DNA of 64,000 nucleotides from assembly GCA_963665095.1 (NCBI GenBank), contig OY762069.1:1056001-1120000 (forward strand), read 5' to 3'. Below the pieces are notes generated by a model. That model had not been told where the DNA came from. It worked only from the letters and a program-made list of their open reading frames with translations, and did not search any database. Source of the DNA: an uncultured Desulfobacter sp. (lineage in GTDB: Bacteria; Desulfobacterota; Desulfobacteria; Desulfobacterales; Desulfobacteraceae). Each line of letters begins with the position of its first letter. Positions within the stretch are counted from its first letter, which is position 1. Shown one piece after another: positions 10,068 through 22,133 of the stretch. A program made the translations under genes and the position numbers.

Positions 10068-10871
10068 TTAAGAGCCATGCCGACGGGCAATCTTTTCAAA
10101 CATGAGAGCAATCCCTTCATTCATTGTGTAGTTGGATTCTATGTCAAGATTGTGATCTGATACTGAATCAAAATAGATGTGAAGGCTCGACTCAATCCCG
10201 TCCTCCGGTTGCCAGTAGCAGACCATGATGGGGAAATTGGGCAATGGGTAGAGCACAATTGAGATATCCGAATCAATATTACTTTTAATTTTTTTGCCGT
10301 CAAAAATTTCCAGCATGTCCTTGAACAGGTCTGTATACGTATCCGCCAGACGTTTCAACGGTTTTTCACACCGCTGCTGGAAATGGGCATACCTTTCAGG
10401 GCCGCCTTTCAGCTCCCTGAATGTGATCCAGTTCCCTTCAGGGGGTCGACCTTCACCCTTTAAAATGTAATTAAGAGCCGGTACAACCATATACGCATTA
10501 ATATGCACTTCGGACGATAGATTTCCCTGGGTGTCCACACCAAATTTTTTGCCAAAAATTCTAATGGTGAGCTGGTCATTGGAAAACCGGGCACCCAGGC
10601 GCCTGGCAGCACCGGCAAGATCACACTGTGCCACCTGTTGTTTTAAGGCATCAATGGCCTCAGCCTTGTATTCATCAACGGTATTGGGTTTTTCAACTGC
10701 TCCCGCATACAGATCAAGCACGGCCTGGTCCAGGTGAGGGCATGCGGTAATCGGTTTTTTCTCCTTGAATACCGCCACGGCAAATGCCAGACAGCCTTGT
10801 TCTTTACAGTCCCTGCAGTTGGACCCGTTCAGCAGCTTGAAAATTTCCATGGGGTTATTAATATGTGCCAT
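10068..10871 (-). CDS. Fe-S cluster domain + DUF3786 protein
   Basis: N-terminal LLNGSNCRDCKEQGCLAFA...CPHL Fe-S motif; WITFRELKGG; LYPLPNFPIMVCYW. Confidence 0.8.
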   Translation of the reverse strand: MAHINNPMEIFKLLNGSNCRDCKEQGCLAFAVAVFKEKKPITACPHLDQAVLDLYAGAVEKPNTVDEYKAEAIDALKQQVAQCDLAGAARRLGARFSNDQLTIRIFGKKFGVDTQGNLSSEVHINAYMVVPALNYILKGEGRPPEGNWITFRELKGGPERYAHFQQRCEKPLKRLADTYTDLFKDMLEIFDGKKIKSNIDSDISIVLYPLPNFPIMVCYWQPEDGIESSLHIYFDSVSDHNLDIESNYTMNEGIALMFEKIARRHGS

Positions 10872-11234
10872 TAAGAACTCTTTGTGTTATGTCAGTTTTA
10901 CCTTGCTTGCAGGTTCAGAATTGAGTAACAGGTTTTCAATACCAATGCAATACAGATCCTCAGAAACAACTGTGCCAGTTGTACTCTTTTATCCCACCAC
11001 CCTCCGGGGCAATACCTGCAAGGGGTGTTTTTTTCACAGTTCTTGACAAAAAGCATATTCCTGACTTATTACTTAATTATTATATTTTACAGATCTGCCA
11101 AGGGCATTGTCATTCCACCCGGTTGAAAATTAGCTGATATCATTTTCCATTTCGCATGCTGACCGGTTTCGGTTCGCATCGAAAATGTAACGCCATTTTT
11201 AGTACTATCACGAATAAGAGCACAAAAGGCTGCG

Positions 11235-14200
11235 ATGATGACCATAAAATCGTCTATCCAAAAATTAACTGCACCTTTATGGGTCAAAACAGCGCTGCCC
11301 ATTGTCCTTTCCATTCTGTTGTTTTCTGCAGCCATCTTTTGCGTCCACCTGCCAGGTATTTACAACTCTTTGCTGGACCAGAGGAAAAAAGCCCTTAAGG
11401 ACATGACCCGGATCGTTCTTGACATAACCCGGTATTACCATGCCTTTGAAACAAAGGGAATCATGACCCGGGAGGAGGCGCAGAAAAATGTTATAGATGC
11501 CGTTTCCCCCATGCGGTACGGAGAGAAGAACAAGGACTATTTCTGGATCAACGATATCTCCTATCATATGGTTATGCATCCCACCATGCCGCATTTAGAG
11601 GGTCAGGATCTAAAAAATTATCAGGGTCCAACCGGCATATTTCTGTTCAGGCTGATGGTGCAAAAAAGCCAAAAAACCCAAGATGCCTTTATTTCCTACA
11701 GATGGCAGATGGATGGCAAAGACAGCCCCATGTTGCCGAAGGTCTCCTATGTGAAACGTTTTGAACCCTGGGGATGGATCATTGGAACCGGTGCCTATAT
11801 CCAGGATATCAGGGCTGCGGCCCAGCGGCAGGCAGAAGGTATTTTGTTTATCAGCATGGGTGTTTTGCTCATTGTCATGCTGCTTGCCTATTTTGCCATC
11901 AGACAGGGCATACGGGCCTCACAGATTATCCGCAACCGGGAGGCAACCCTTCAGGGAATCTTTGACCAGACCAGAGAGTTTATGGGGATTCTGGATATGG
12001 AGGGCCGTGTTCTCAGGGTGAACAAAACCGCATTGGCACTGGTCAATGTCACAGATGCGGCAGTTACCGGCAGGTTTTTCTGGGAGACGCCCTGGTGGCA
12101 GGACCAGCCGGAAGGCATAAAAACAGTCCGCCATGCTGTTGAAAAGGCAAAAAACGGTGGCACCACTGTATTTGAGGCAACACACACCGCCCATGACAAA
12201 AGAAAAGTTCATGTGGAGGTTGCCATCCAGCCCATCCTGGATGAAAAAATGACGCCGGTTTTCATCTTTGCCGACGGCATAGACATTACCGAACGAAAAC
12301 TTTCCCAGGAACGGTTGATACGCCAGAAATCCCGATTAAACAGTATTCTGAAAACGTCTCCTGTGGGAATCGGCATGGTTAAAGAGTGGATCGTCACCCA
12401 CGCCAACGACGAATTTGAAAACATCCTGGGCTATAAGGGCGAGGAGCTTTTGAACCAGGATGCCAGAAAATTCTTCCCCAGCAAAGAGATTTTTAAAAGC
12501 GTGAGCAAAGAGTATGTAACACAGGTGAAACAAAAGGGGAAAGCATCCATTGAGACCCAGTTCAAACACAGGGACAAAACGCTTAAGGATGTCCTTTTCA
12601 ACGCGATTCCGGTAAATCCCAATGATCTTTCCCAGGGGTTTACCTGTGTTTTCATGGATATAACCAAACGAAAGACCTTTGAAAAGGAGATGCTCACCCG
12701 GCAGGCGGAAATGGACAGCATCTTCCGGGCATCCAGTGTGGGCATCGGCATGGTACGGGACCAGATAATCGTCCACGCCAATCAGAAACTCGCAGGCATC
12801 GTCGGCAGTACCCCGGAGGAACTTTTAGGAGAAAACACCAGCATTTTTTACCCCAGTGATGCATCGTTCATGGCTGCGGGTGATACGGTTTATACCCAGC
12901 TTGATGAGCAGGGATATGCCTGTCTTGAGTCTGTATTTGAAAGCAAAGACGGGACCCCGGTAAATGTCTACATCACCCTGTCTCCGCTGGACCAACAGGA
13001 CCATACCCAGGGGTTCTCATTCACGGTCATGGATATCACGGAACGAAAACAAAACGAACAGCAGCTGCTGCGCAGGCAGGCAGAAATGAACAGTATTTTC
13101 AGGGCTGCCACGGTGGGCATAGGTATGATAAAAGACCGCGTCATTACCCACTCCAACGAAGAACTATCCCGAATCACCGGCCGCCCGTTAGAAGAACTGC
13201 TTGAGAAAAGCACCAGGATTCTTTACCCCGATGAAAAGACCTTCCTTTCGGTCGGCGAAAATTACTATCGGCAGGTTGAAGAGCAGGGGCATGGCGTGCT
13301 GGAGACGATTTTTCAAAGCAAGGACGGTACCCTTAAAAACATTCATTTAAATCTGTTTCCATTAGATGAAAATGACCTCAGCCAGGGTTTCTGCTTCACA
13401 GCCATGGATATTACGGAACGTAAAAAATACCAGGAGGGCCTGGAAGATCTGGTAAAAGAACGTACCGAACAACTCTTTCATGCCATGAGGGACGCAGAGC
13501 GGGCCAACCATGCCAAAAGCGGATTTCTGGCCAATATGAGCCATGAAATCCGTACACCCATGAACGCGATTCTTGGAATGACACATCTGGTTTTGAAAAC
13601 TGAGCTGACCCCCAAACAGGAGGATTATATATTTAAAATCGACAGCTCAGCCAAAGCGCTTTTAGGGCTTATTAATGATATACTGGATTTCTCCAAAATT
13701 GAGGCTGGCCAGCTCGATATTGAGAATATAAATTTTAACATCGAGCAGGTGTTTGACAATCTGTCTGCGGTTATTTCACAAAAGGCCCAGGAAAAAGAGG
13801 TTGAGTTTATCATCCACCAGGATATGAAAATCCCTGGCGAACTGGTGGGCGACCCCTTCCGGCTGGGCCAGGTTCTGCTTAATTTTGCCAGTAACGCGGT
13901 GAAGTTTACAGACCAGGGCGAAGTGGTAGTCAAGTCGGAAATCGTTAAACAGTCCAAGGATGACCTGCTTGTCAAATTCAGTGTAAAAGATTCAGGCATC
14001 GGGTTGACCAGGGAGCAACGTGAGAAACTGTTCCAGCCCTTTACCCAGGCAGATACATCCACTACACGCAAGTATGGCGGTACCGGATTAGGGCTTTCCA
14101 TCTGCAAGAGCCTTGTGGAACTAATGGGGGGAGAAATCGGCCTGGATAGTGTTTATGGCCATGGCAGCACCTTCTGGTTCACCTGCCTGTTTAAAATTCC

Positions 14201-15734
14201 GGCGGTACGGAAAAAATCCGTGCAGGACTACACCATTCTTGCCGACGATCTTAAAGGGCAGCATGTACTGGTGGTGGATGACAGTGAGGCATCTTTGCTC
14301 ATCCTGCAGTCGCTGTTGGAAACCCTTAATCTTGAACCGGCTCTGGTGAATTCAGGAGCCAGGGCATTGCGTCTTCTTGAAGAGACGCCCGATGAGGACC
14401 TTTTTTCCCTGGTGCTGATGGATTATAAAATGCCGGAGATGAACGGTGCCCAGGTTACCCGGCTAATTAAACAGAACCCAAGGTTAAAAGACAGGGTATC
14501 TGTTATCATGGTATCGGCGTTTGGCAGAGAAGAGGTGATGAAGCACTCCATGGATGCCGGTGCGGATGCCTTTCTTGTTAAGCCGGTTAATATATCAACT
14601 CTGCTTGATACCATCCTTGAAGTCAGAGGGCTTAAATCTGTAGGACATGAAAAAAGAATCCTCGGAGACGCAGAGAATGTACCGGGCCTTGACGCCATAC
14701 GGGGTGCCCGGGTGCTTTTGGCCGAAGACAATGACATCAACAAACAGATAGCCGTTGAACTGCTGGAAAATGCAGGCCTTGTGGTGGATGTGGCAGACAC
14801 CGGCGTTAAGGTGCTCGATGCACTGGCCAACGGTCGACACAAAAATTATGATCTGATTTTCATGGACATTCAGATGCCGGAAATGGACGGGATTGAGGCA
14901 ACAATGGCCATCCGGGATCAGGGGATTTTAGACCTGCCCATTGTGGCCATGACAGCCCATGCCATGAGTTCCGACCGGGAGAAAAGTATCCATGCGGGCA
15001 TGAATGACCATATTACCAAGCCCATAAATCCTGTCCAGTTGAACAAAACACTGGTTCAATGGATCAAGCCCGGTCCAAGGGACATCCCTGAAATGACTCT
15101 GTCGCGTCTCCCCTGTGCTCCGGAAACCCAGGCCGATGATAGTCTGCCCATGAAGGGTGTTCCCGGTATATCCATTCGTGACGGACTGGCATCAGTCTCT
15201 GGAAATGAGAAACTTTATAAATCACTTCTGCGCCGGTTAAGGGATAACTACGCATCCATTGCATCGGAAATACTTGCGGCTCTTTTAAAGGAGGACCATG
15301 AAGAGGCCTCACGACTGACTCACACCATCAAAGGTGTGGCCGCAAATCTTGGGGCAAAAAAACTGGCGGCCTCGGCCGGCAGGCTGGAACTTGCCCTGAG
15401 GGAAACGCCGGACAGTTCAACGCACATGGTGGGTGCAATAGAAAAAGACATGGAGGAAGTATTGCACTCCTTGTCTGAGCTTGGAAAAATTATTGAGGCG
15501 CCTGTGCACTCTCAATCCCCCGGGGATCTCACCTGCGCCCCTGACCTGATTGATGAAATTATCTCCCTGATCACCACCAATATATCAAAGGCCATTGATA
15601 AATCAGAAGAGCTTGCCGGTATGATGGGCTCACCCCCCTATAAAACAGACATCCAAAATATATGCACGCTTTTGGATGACTTTGATACAGATGAGGCCAT
15701 CGATGCGTTAAAACACCTAAAGGATAGCCTGTAG
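11235..15734 (+). CDS. Hybrid sensor histidine kinase (Cache-2, 4 PAS, HisKA/HATPase, 2 REC, HPt)
   Basis: YFWIND..MVMHP Cache; [13 protein letters not shown]-box; GGTGLGL; LMDYKMP and FMDIQMP receivers; [12 protein letters not shown]t. Confidence 0.93.
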   Translation: MMTIKSSIQKLTAPLWVKTALPIVLSILLFSAAIFCVHLPGIYNSLLDQRKKALKDMTRIVLDITRYYHAFETKGIMTREEAQKNVIDAVSPMRYGEKNKDYFWINDISYHMVMHPTMPHLEGQDLKNYQGPTGIFLFRLMVQKSQKTQDAFISYRWQMDGKDSPMLPKVSYVKRFEPWGWIIGTGAYIQDIRAAAQRQAEGILFISMGVLLIVMLLAYFAIRQGIRASQIIRNREATLQGIFDQTREFMGILDMEGRVLRVNKTALALVNVTDAAVTGRFFWETPWWQDQPEGIKTVRHAVEKAKNGGTTVFEATHTAHDKRKVHVEVAIQPILDEKMTPVFIFADGIDITERKLSQERLIRQKSRLNSILKTSPVGIGMVKEWIVTHANDEFENILGYKGEELLNQDARKFFPSKEIFKSVSKEYVTQVKQKGKASIETQFKHRDKTLKDVLFNAIPVNPNDLSQGFTCVFMDITKRKTFEKEMLTRQAEMDSIFRASSVGIGMVRDQIIVHANQKLAGIVGSTPEELLGENTSIFYPSDASFMAAGDTVYTQLDEQGYACLESVFESKDGTPVNVYITLSPLDQQDHTQGFSFTVMDITERKQNEQQLLRRQAEMNSIFRAATVGIGMIKDRVITHSNEELSRITGRPLEELLEKSTRILYPDEKTFLSVGENYYRQVEEQGHGVLETIFQSKDGTLKNIHLNLFPLDENDLSQGFCFTAMDITERKKYQEGLEDLVKERTEQLFHAMRDAERANHAKSGFLANMSHEIRTPMNAILGMTHLVLKTELTPKQEDYIFKIDSSAKALLGLINDILDFSKIEAGQLDIENINFNIEQVFDNLSAVISQKAQEKEVEFIIHQDMKIPGELVGDPFRLGQVLLNFASNAVKFTDQGEVVVKSEIVKQSKDDLLVKFSVKDSGIGLTREQREKLFQPFTQADTSTTRKYGGTGLGLSICKSLVELMGGEIGLDSVYGHGSTFWFTCLFKIPAVRKKSVQDYTILADDLKGQHVLVVDDSEASLLILQSLLETLNLEPALVNSGARALRLLEETPDEDLFSLVLMDYKMPEMNGAQVTRLIKQNPRLKDRVSVIMVSAFGREEVMKHSMDAGADAFLVKPVNISTLLDTILEVRGLKSVGHEKRILGDAENVPGLDAIRGARVLLAEDNDINKQIAVELLENAGLVVDVADTGVKVLDALANGRHKNYDLIFMDIQMPEMDGIEATMAIRDQGILDLPIVAMTAHAMSSDREKSIHAGMNDHITKPINPVQLNKTLVQWIKPGPRDIPEMTLSRLPCAPETQADDSLPMKGVPGISIRDGLASVSGNEKLYKSLLRRLRDNYASIASEILAALLKEDHEEASRLTHTIKGVAANLGAKKLAASAGRLELALRETPDSSTHMVGAIEKDMEEVLHSLSELGKIIEAPVHSQSPGDLTCAPDLIDEIISLITTNISKAIDKSEELAGMMGSPPYKTDIQNICTLLDDFDTDEAIDALKHLKDSL

Positions 15735-15825
15735 GATGACTGAAATAAAACTCTGTCAAAACGCTTTTTGAAAAATCAACGCTGCTATTGAAGACATTTA
15801 CAGTCAACCAATAAAGGAGACATTC

Positions 15826-16935
15826 ATGTCACCCCTGCCCCAAGAACCGCTAAAACCTGTTGTACTAGCAGTGGACGACGCACCTGAAAATCTTCATGCG
15901 CTCATTGAAGTGTTAAAAGGTGACTATAATATAATCGCAGCCAAGACCGGTGAAAAGGCAATGGCAATCTGCAGTAAAACGCCAAAACCGGACATCATCC
16001 TGCTTGACGTGGTTATGCCCGAAATGGACGGCTATGAGGTCTGCAGGCAGCTCAAGGCCAATTCAAAGACTGAAACCATTCCGGTGATTTTTGTCACGTC
16101 TCTTACTGAAGCCGGCCAGGAGGCCCAGGGGCTTTCATTGGGAGCGGTGGACTACATCACCAAACCCATTATTCCCGAAATTGTTAAAGCCCGGGTGGGC
16201 AATCATCTAGATCTCAAACGCCACCGGGACCATCTTGAGATACTGGTGGCGGAGCGCACCCGGGAAATTGCCCTGATCAAAGAGGTGACCATCGAAAGCC
16301 TGGCCACGCTGACCGAATGCCGTGACCCTGAAACCGGCGGGCATATCATGCGTACAAAAAATTATGTTAAGGCTCTGGCCACCCGGGCGTCGCTGGATTA
16401 TCACTTCACAGGGCAGCTGGATCCCAACACCATTGATCTGCTATACCTGTCAGCCCCGGTCCACGATATCGGCAAGGTCGGGGTGCCTGACACCATCATG
16501 CTCAAACCCGGCAAACTCACCCCGGAAGAGTTTGAGCTAATGAAAAAACACACCATCTATGGCAGGGACAGCCTTAGAAAGGCCGAACGAAAACTTGGGG
16601 GCAACAGTTTTCTGCATATTGCCCAGGAGATCGCTTGCAGCCACCATGAAAAATGGGATGGTTCCGGATATCCGTTCGGGCTTAGTGGCCAGGATATCCC
16701 TTTGTCCGCACGAATTATGGCTGTGGCGGATGTGTACGATGCCCTGATCAGCCGGCGTGTTTACAAGGCACCCATACCGCATATCGATGCGGTAAAAATT
16801 ATTGCCGAGGGTAAGGGCAAGCACTTTGATCCGGTGCTTGTGGACAAATTCCTCGAAATTCAGGATGAATTTCGCAGCATTGCCCTTGAGTTTGCTGATT
16901 TTGATGAAGAACGTGAAGCGCTTACGTTAGAATAA
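15826..16935 (+). CDS. Response regulator with HD-GYP c-di-GMP phosphodiesterase domain (RpfG type)
   Basis: REC (VDD, LLDVVMPEMDG, KP) plus RDPETGGH, HDIGK, HHEKWDGSGYP. Confidence 0.92.
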   Translation: MSPLPQEPLKPVVLAVDDAPENLHALIEVLKGDYNIIAAKTGEKAMAICSKTPKPDIILLDVVMPEMDGYEVCRQLKANSKTETIPVIFVTSLTEAGQEAQGLSLGAVDYITKPIIPEIVKARVGNHLDLKRHRDHLEILVAERTREIALIKEVTIESLATLTECRDPETGGHIMRTKNYVKALATRASLDYHFTGQLDPNTIDLLYLSAPVHDIGKVGVPDTIMLKPGKLTPEEFELMKKHTIYGRDSLRKAERKLGGNSFLHIAQEIACSHHEKWDGSGYPFGLSGQDIPLSARIMAVADVYDALISRRVYKAPIPHIDAVKIIAEGKGKHFDPVLVDKFLEIQDEFRSIALEFADFDEEREALTLE

Positions 16936-17138
16936 AGGCCGGATCGTTATAAGTTCATACCATCCTTCATTCATCCTTGCTTTCCAGTGCCGTGTATGTT
17001 TAATCTACTATTATTACATTTGCGATGCATAATAAGAAAGCAAACCCATACAAGGATTTTTTCATCTAATTTAATTTACTGTTCTACTAAAATCCGTGTA
17101 TAAAGATTTAACATCACAGTTTTATAAGGGGACCCGCA

Positions 17139-17531
17139 ATGACAAAAGAGGAACTTGAGCTGTCCGAAAGCCTTGAAGATTATCTTGAAACAATCCTTGA
17201 GCTTCAGATTACCAACACGGTTGCCAGATCTAAGGATATTGCAGAACGTCTGGATATCAAACGGGGATCAGTGACCGGCATGCTTAAAAAACTGGCTGCC
17301 CAGCAGCTTATCAATTACGAACCATACGGATATGTTACCCTGACACCCAAGGGAGAAAAAATCGCCAAGGAGATAACCACCCGGCATAATGTTTTCCGGC
17401 ATTTTTTATTCAAGCATGTGGGACTTGATGAACAGACGGCAGAAGAAACCGCATGCCGTATGGAACATGCCATGAACCGTGCCAGCTTTGCGAAATTCAA
17501 GGGTTTTGTATCAAAAATAGATGCATCATGA
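17139..17531 (+). CDS. DtxR/MntR family metal-dependent regulator
   Basis: SLEDYLETI, SVTGMLKKL, LTPKG, RH..F..FL, ACRMEH. Confidence 0.9.
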   Translation: MTKEELELSESLEDYLETILELQITNTVARSKDIAERLDIKRGSVTGMLKKLAAQQLINYEPYGYVTLTPKGEKIAKEITTRHNVFRHFLFKHVGLDEQTAEETACRMEHAMNRASFAKFKGFVSKIDAS

Positions 17532-17550
17532 CAGCCGGGAGCCAGGCGGT

Positions 17551-18819
17551 TCACGCCTGTGGCAATCGATGTTGACGGTGCTCGTGCCGGAACAGATACA
17601 AAAGAATACCTACGCCTGCCAGCATTATTAAGGCGGATGCCAGAAAGGATGCCTGGTAGGCAAAGAGAGCGGGCCTGCCATAGCGGATAAGACCGTCTGT
17701 CAAAGGGCCTGTTATCAGGGTACCGGATACGCCCCAGGATAAAAACAGGGCGGCATTAAAAACAGAAAACAGTTCCCCCCTGCGGTGGGCCGGAATGTAA
17801 ACAGAGGCCAGTTCATAAGAGGCTGCCATGATAATTACCTCTGTAAATCCCATTAAGAATGAACTGACGCAGATTGCGGATATATTGTCAAATACAGCCA
17901 GAAGCAATAACGCGACCCCGCCAAGAAAAGAAGAGACTGCCAGCATGGGTCTGTCTCCAAGTTCCCTGCACAGGTATCCTGTAAACATGCCGGTAATGAT
18001 CAGCCCTAAAGAGCGGATGTTAACCACATGGCTTAGTGCCAGTGCAGACAGGTTCAGGCCGGATTCAAGGGAGAGATATTGTGGAAGCGTCACAACCACT
18101 GAATTACGCCCGAAGTGGATAAACCCCATGGCAATGGTGAAAATATAAAAAATTAGAGTGCTCTTTGGACCGGCATCTTTGGCAGCATTGAATTCACAGC
18201 TTTTGTTTTTGATGCCGCCTTCAGGGACAAAGAGCATGGGAATGAGCGACACGAACATAATCACCCCGGAGACCCAGAACAGGGCACCGTCATAAAATCC
18301 CCAGCCTTCATAGGCATGCCCCATTTTATCATAGAGCAACCCACCGGATAGCACGCCGACAATCCGGCCGACGCCGCCTAAGCTTTCAAGGCGTCCCATG
18401 ACACCGCTTCTGTCTCCGGAATCATACAGATCTGATATCAATGCGCTCCAGCCTATATTGGACATGGACCAGAAAACCTCAATGACTGTCAGGCCCCAGA
18501 TCACCACCCAGCCGGCCGCTATTCCAGCCTCCGGTATTCGATGGATGTACCACAGTAAAATGGTGCCAATGCCTGCCAGCACTTCCCCCCAGATAATCAG
18601 GGAGCGTCTTTTCTGGTAACGATCGGATAAAATTCCCCAAAGATACCGCTGGGCCAGCACATTAACAATCATGGGCAGAGTGGCGAACAGCGTGGTCGCT
18701 GTCACGGAAAGCCCCATAAAATGGCACAGGTAGATGGCAAGAAAGTTGTAAAACAGCCCCCGCCGAAACATGGCCAGTATCTGAAAAGAGGATATGCAAA
18801 GAAAAATTTTCATGGGCAC
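17551..18819 (-). CDS. MFS transporter
   Basis: About 12 hydrophobic segments, WGILSDRYQKRR motif A. Confidence 0.85.
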   Translation of the reverse strand: MPMKIFLCISSFQILAMFRRGLFYNFLAIYLCHFMGLSVTATTLFATLPMIVNVLAQRYLWGILSDRYQKRRSLIIWGEVLAGIGTILLWYIHRIPEAGIAAGWVVIWGLTVIEVFWSMSNIGWSALISDLYDSGDRSGVMGRLESLGGVGRIVGVLSGGLLYDKMGHAYEGWGFYDGALFWVSGVIMFVSLIPMLFVPEGGIKNKSCEFNAAKDAGPKSTLIFYIFTIAMGFIHFGRNSVVVTLPQYLSLESGLNLSALALSHVVNIRSLGLIITGMFTGYLCRELGDRPMLAVSSFLGGVALLLLAVFDNISAICVSSFLMGFTEVIIMAASYELASVYIPAHRRGELFSVFNAALFLSWGVSGTLITGPLTDGLIRYGRPALFAYQASFLASALIMLAGVGILLYLFRHEHRQHRLPQA

Positions 18820-19013
18820 AAAGATCTACCAGCACCCAAGGCAAAGATCAATATGAATTTTATATCCCCTTACCTGCAGTCCTGATTTTATGTATCAGTA
18901 AAAAAAGCGGTCAGGTTTCCTTAGGCTTATTGATTCCTTTTGTTGCATCCGGTATAATTCCTGTCGTTTCTATCGTGTAACCTTTTATCAAAAGTTTTCC
19001 AGGTGATCTGTCA

Positions 19014-19409
19014 ATGTATGATAAAGACCAGTTAAACGCTATAGACACAGCCATTCAGACCCGTCTGATTGCTGCAGGCATTGATCATGTAATTTTCATG
19101 GATTTAAGCGGTAATGCCATCGCCAAACACAGTAACGGCAGAACAGATCTTGACGCCACCGCTTTTACAGCCCTGGCTGCAGGTAATTTTGCCGCAGTGG
19201 ATGCCATGGCCCAGCTTGTCGGCGAATCTGAATTCTCCCTGTTATTTCATAAAGGGGAGAATTTAAGTATTCATTTCAATAAAGTCACAAGCGATACCCT
19301 GCTGATTTCAATGTTTGGTAAAGAGATTTCCCTTGGGATGGTGCGTCTGAAAGTCGCTGAAACCATAGAAGAAATCATCCAGACACTCTCTGGACAGCCA
19401 ATAAATTAA
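19014..19409 (+). CDS. mglB: MglB-type roadblock/LC7 protein (GAP)
   Basis: ALAAGNFAA..AMAQLVGESEFSLLFHKG signature; directly upstream of mglA. Confidence 0.85.
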   Translation: MYDKDQLNAIDTAIQTRLIAAGIDHVIFMDLSGNAIAKHSNGRTDLDATAFTALAAGNFAAVDAMAQLVGESEFSLLFHKGENLSIHFNKVTSDTLLISMFGKEISLGMVRLKVAETIEEIIQTLSGQPIN

Positions 19410-19458
19410 CCTTCGCAAAAAACCGGATGTTAACCCTTCAGGAAAAGGAACATTTCAT

Positions 19459-20064
19459 TTGGCGCTCATCAATGTAAAAACCAGGGAAGTCCAGATCAAG
19501 ATCGTATACTACGGTCCTGGTCGAGGTGGGAAAACAACCAATCTGGAGTACATTAACCGCACATACAGGGAACAGATAAAAACGGAAATGGTCAGCCTGA
19601 AAACCAATGATGACCGAACACTGTTTTTTGATTTCCTTCCCTTTGATGTGGGGCAGATCAAAGGCTTTGATGTCACGATTCAGTTATATACCGTTCCCGG
19701 TCAGGTAAAGTATAACGCCACACGAAAGCTTGTACTGCGTGGTGTAGACGGTATTGTTTTTGTTGCAGACGTCCAGAAAAGCCAGAGGAAAAAAAACATC
19801 GATTCTTTAAACCAGCTGTACGAAAATCTTAAGACCTATCAGCTCGATTTATTTAAAATACCTCTGGTGATGCAGTACAATAAAGTGGATTTACGCGGGT
19901 CTGATATTGGAACCCTGGATTCAAAAACACTTCAAAAGGATCTTAACAGCCGCCTTCGGGTGCCGGCCTATGAGGCCAGTGCCGCAAACGGTGGCAATGT
20001 CATTGTTACATTGAAAAAAATTATATCCACGACACTTTCGTCCATCCAGGACCAGATATTTTAA
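19459..20064 (+). CDS. mglA: MglA-type small Ras-like GTPase (TTG start)
   Basis: KIVYYGPGRGGKTTNL, DRTLFFDFLP, LYTVPGQV, LRGVDGIVFVAD, QYNKVDL. Confidence 0.92.
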   Translation: MALINVKTREVQIKIVYYGPGRGGKTTNLEYINRTYREQIKTEMVSLKTNDDRTLFFDFLPFDVGQIKGFDVTIQLYTVPGQVKYNATRKLVLRGVDGIVFVADVQKSQRKKNIDSLNQLYENLKTYQLDLFKIPLVMQYNKVDLRGSDIGTLDSKTLQKDLNSRLRVPAYEASAANGGNVIVTLKKIISTTLSSIQDQIF

Positions 20065-20074
20065 GGAGAGGGAT

Positions 20075-22132
20075 TTGGATTCAGCAGATCAGATACACCA
20101 AGTCATTGAGAAGATAGGCACCGGGGTGGACAGTGCCCGGATAAAAGAGCTGGAAAGTGGCCTGGAAGCATTGAAAAAAGAAACAGGAGGCGAAAAAAAT
20201 GCCTTGTCTGTCATCAAAATGATGCTTTCTTTAACAAAATATTTAGGCGCACGTAAAGGCAAAGCCTATCCTGGAACATTACCGGCCATTGAATCTCTGG
20301 CAGGTGACGTGAATGCCATTTTGCTTGCATCACTGGCAAAGGACAAAACAAGAATCTACGCCAGGGCGTTGACGACCTTCAAATCAGTCAAATCCGACAT
20401 AGAGAGCGGAAAGGTACTATCGGATGCGGATCTTGAAGCACTTAAAGCTGTGATTCTTTCAGTGGACTGGGAGATTTCAAACATCACAATGCAGGGGTTT
20501 GATCTTGTGCTTACCCGCCTTGAAACCCAGCTAAAGGCCCGGAAAGCACATCATGCATTTTTGCGCATTATGCACCAGACAGGTACCCATATCGCCCGGC
20601 ATAAAGCCAACGCTCACAAAGATTCGATATCCTTTCTCAGATGGGTATTTCAACAGTATGAACAGCTTGTCAAACAGCCTGACATGCCGCTGGAAAACCA
20701 AAAAAAACTGGCTCAGGAGACCATCCAGGCATTCCAGGCGTTTAAACGTAAAATAGATGCAAACTGTGATCTGGGACAAGCACCGTCACCTCCGGAAAAA
20801 ACACCGCCCTTAAATGCGCCACCGCCAGGCCGGGCGCCTGAACTGCCCATTGAGAGTCTGGAATATGAAACGGAAGAGTCCTTTATCCCTGCGCTTTCAG
20901 ATACAGGCCCGGATACCGGCACCCAGGATGAGGCGACTCTGGTTACGCTGGATGATCCTTATTCCGACCCGGCTTCAGGGGCTGCTGTCGGGGGCGGCGT
21001 TTCCGCCGTTAAACCCCCTGATTCCCCGCCCAAAGACGTTATGGGGGACCTCTTCTCTCTAAAAGAGTCTCCGGCAGATGAGCTTCTTGATGCCATCCAT
21101 CTGGCAAATGTGCACGGCCCTGGCCAGGAAAACGCCGCTGCCATCCCTGGAATGATGGGTGCAAAGGAAAAACAGGCTGGAATGCAGGAGTTTATCCCAC
21201 AACGACAGGGCAGTGACCCCATACCTGAAATTGAACAGCGGCTGGATGATTTTTTCAACTTAAATGTATCGGACATGACACCGGCGCAAGGGGATGCTTT
21301 GACAGAAGATGAAGGGATTAATGATCAGACAGATCCCTTTAAAACAGACGCAGAACCGGACTTCGTCCCACTGACCGTGGATAGTGATCTGTCTGAAGAT
21401 GATGAACTGCCCACCGAGCCACTTGATTTTTCAAACGATCTGATTCCGGATGCAGGCGACGGATATCCGGCTGATGATATTGCTTTGGATGCGGCCCCAG
21501 ACAGTTCGGAAAATACTTTATTGCCAGGATCTTCCTTAAAACCGGCTTTGGAAGAGCAGATAACCGGTGAAGAACAAAGCTTTATTTTTGAAGACCTTCT
21601 TGGCCTGCTAAACCATCTTGAAGACCTCTCCAGTCCGTCAATTCTGGCTGACATCCAGGATAAAATTGCCCGGCTTAAAGATTTGTGGATAGACATAGAG
21701 GATAAAACACAGCTTTTGGACGCTATGTCCGCCATGGCGGATTTCATACACCAGCAGCGCCGTTTGGATGCCGGCGTTGAAAATAGACTGCCGTATGCAT
21801 CTGATTGTGCGGATGACAATTTTTTCGGCACAAAAACTGCAGACACAAAACCTGAGATGAAAATTAACGAAACGTCCGGAACAGAACCGATTGATGAAAT
21901 TTTGGTCTCTGATTATTTTGAAGAACAGAATCCTGACGCAGACCCAGCTTTTACCGCCCCCAAAAAACAAGATGTTCCGTCGGGCATGAAAACCGATGCG
22001 GGGCAAGCAGACAACATGTCCCAGGAGAATACCAGTTCTTTTAATGAATCAGAAAAGCCCCATGGACTTGAATCCCCCCCCCGGAGGAAAAAAGGCTTTT
22101 TTGCCCGGCTAAGAGACAAATTCCGGGGATAG
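20075..22132 (+). CDS. Hypothetical protein: helical N-terminal region, long acidic/Pro-rich linker, amphipathic C-terminal tail
   Basis: 685-aa ORF, AAGGAG RBS before TTG; LKAVILSVDWEI motif; ends KKGFFARLRDKFRG. Confidence 0.75.
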   Translation: MDSADQIHQVIEKIGTGVDSARIKELESGLEALKKETGGEKNALSVIKMMLSLTKYLGARKGKAYPGTLPAIESLAGDVNAILLASLAKDKTRIYARALTTFKSVKSDIESGKVLSDADLEALKAVILSVDWEISNITMQGFDLVLTRLETQLKARKAHHAFLRIMHQTGTHIARHKANAHKDSISFLRWVFQQYEQLVKQPDMPLENQKKLAQETIQAFQAFKRKIDANCDLGQAPSPPEKTPPLNAPPPGRAPELPIESLEYETEESFIPALSDTGPDTGTQDEATLVTLDDPYSDPASGAAVGGGVSAVKPPDSPPKDVMGDLFSLKESPADELLDAIHLANVHGPGQENAAAIPGMMGAKEKQAGMQEFIPQRQGSDPIPEIEQRLDDFFNLNVSDMTPAQGDALTEDEGINDQTDPFKTDAEPDFVPLTVDSDLSEDDELPTEPLDFSNDLIPDAGDGYPADDIALDAAPDSSENTLLPGSSLKPALEEQITGEEQSFIFEDLLGLLNHLEDLSSPSILADIQDKIARLKDLWIDIEDKTQLLDAMSAMADFIHQQRRLDAGVENRLPYASDCADDNFFGTKTADTKPEMKINETSGTEPIDEILVSDYFEEQNPDADPAFTAPKKQDVPSGMKTDAGQADNMSQENTSSFNESEKPHGLESPPRRKKGFFARLRDKFRG

Positions 22133-22133
22133 A

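Noticed and set aside
10068..10871. Fe-S domain protein as AcsC or HgcA-like
   Set aside because: Only the small Fe-S motif is shared; no corrinoid-binding or NVWCAAGK motif
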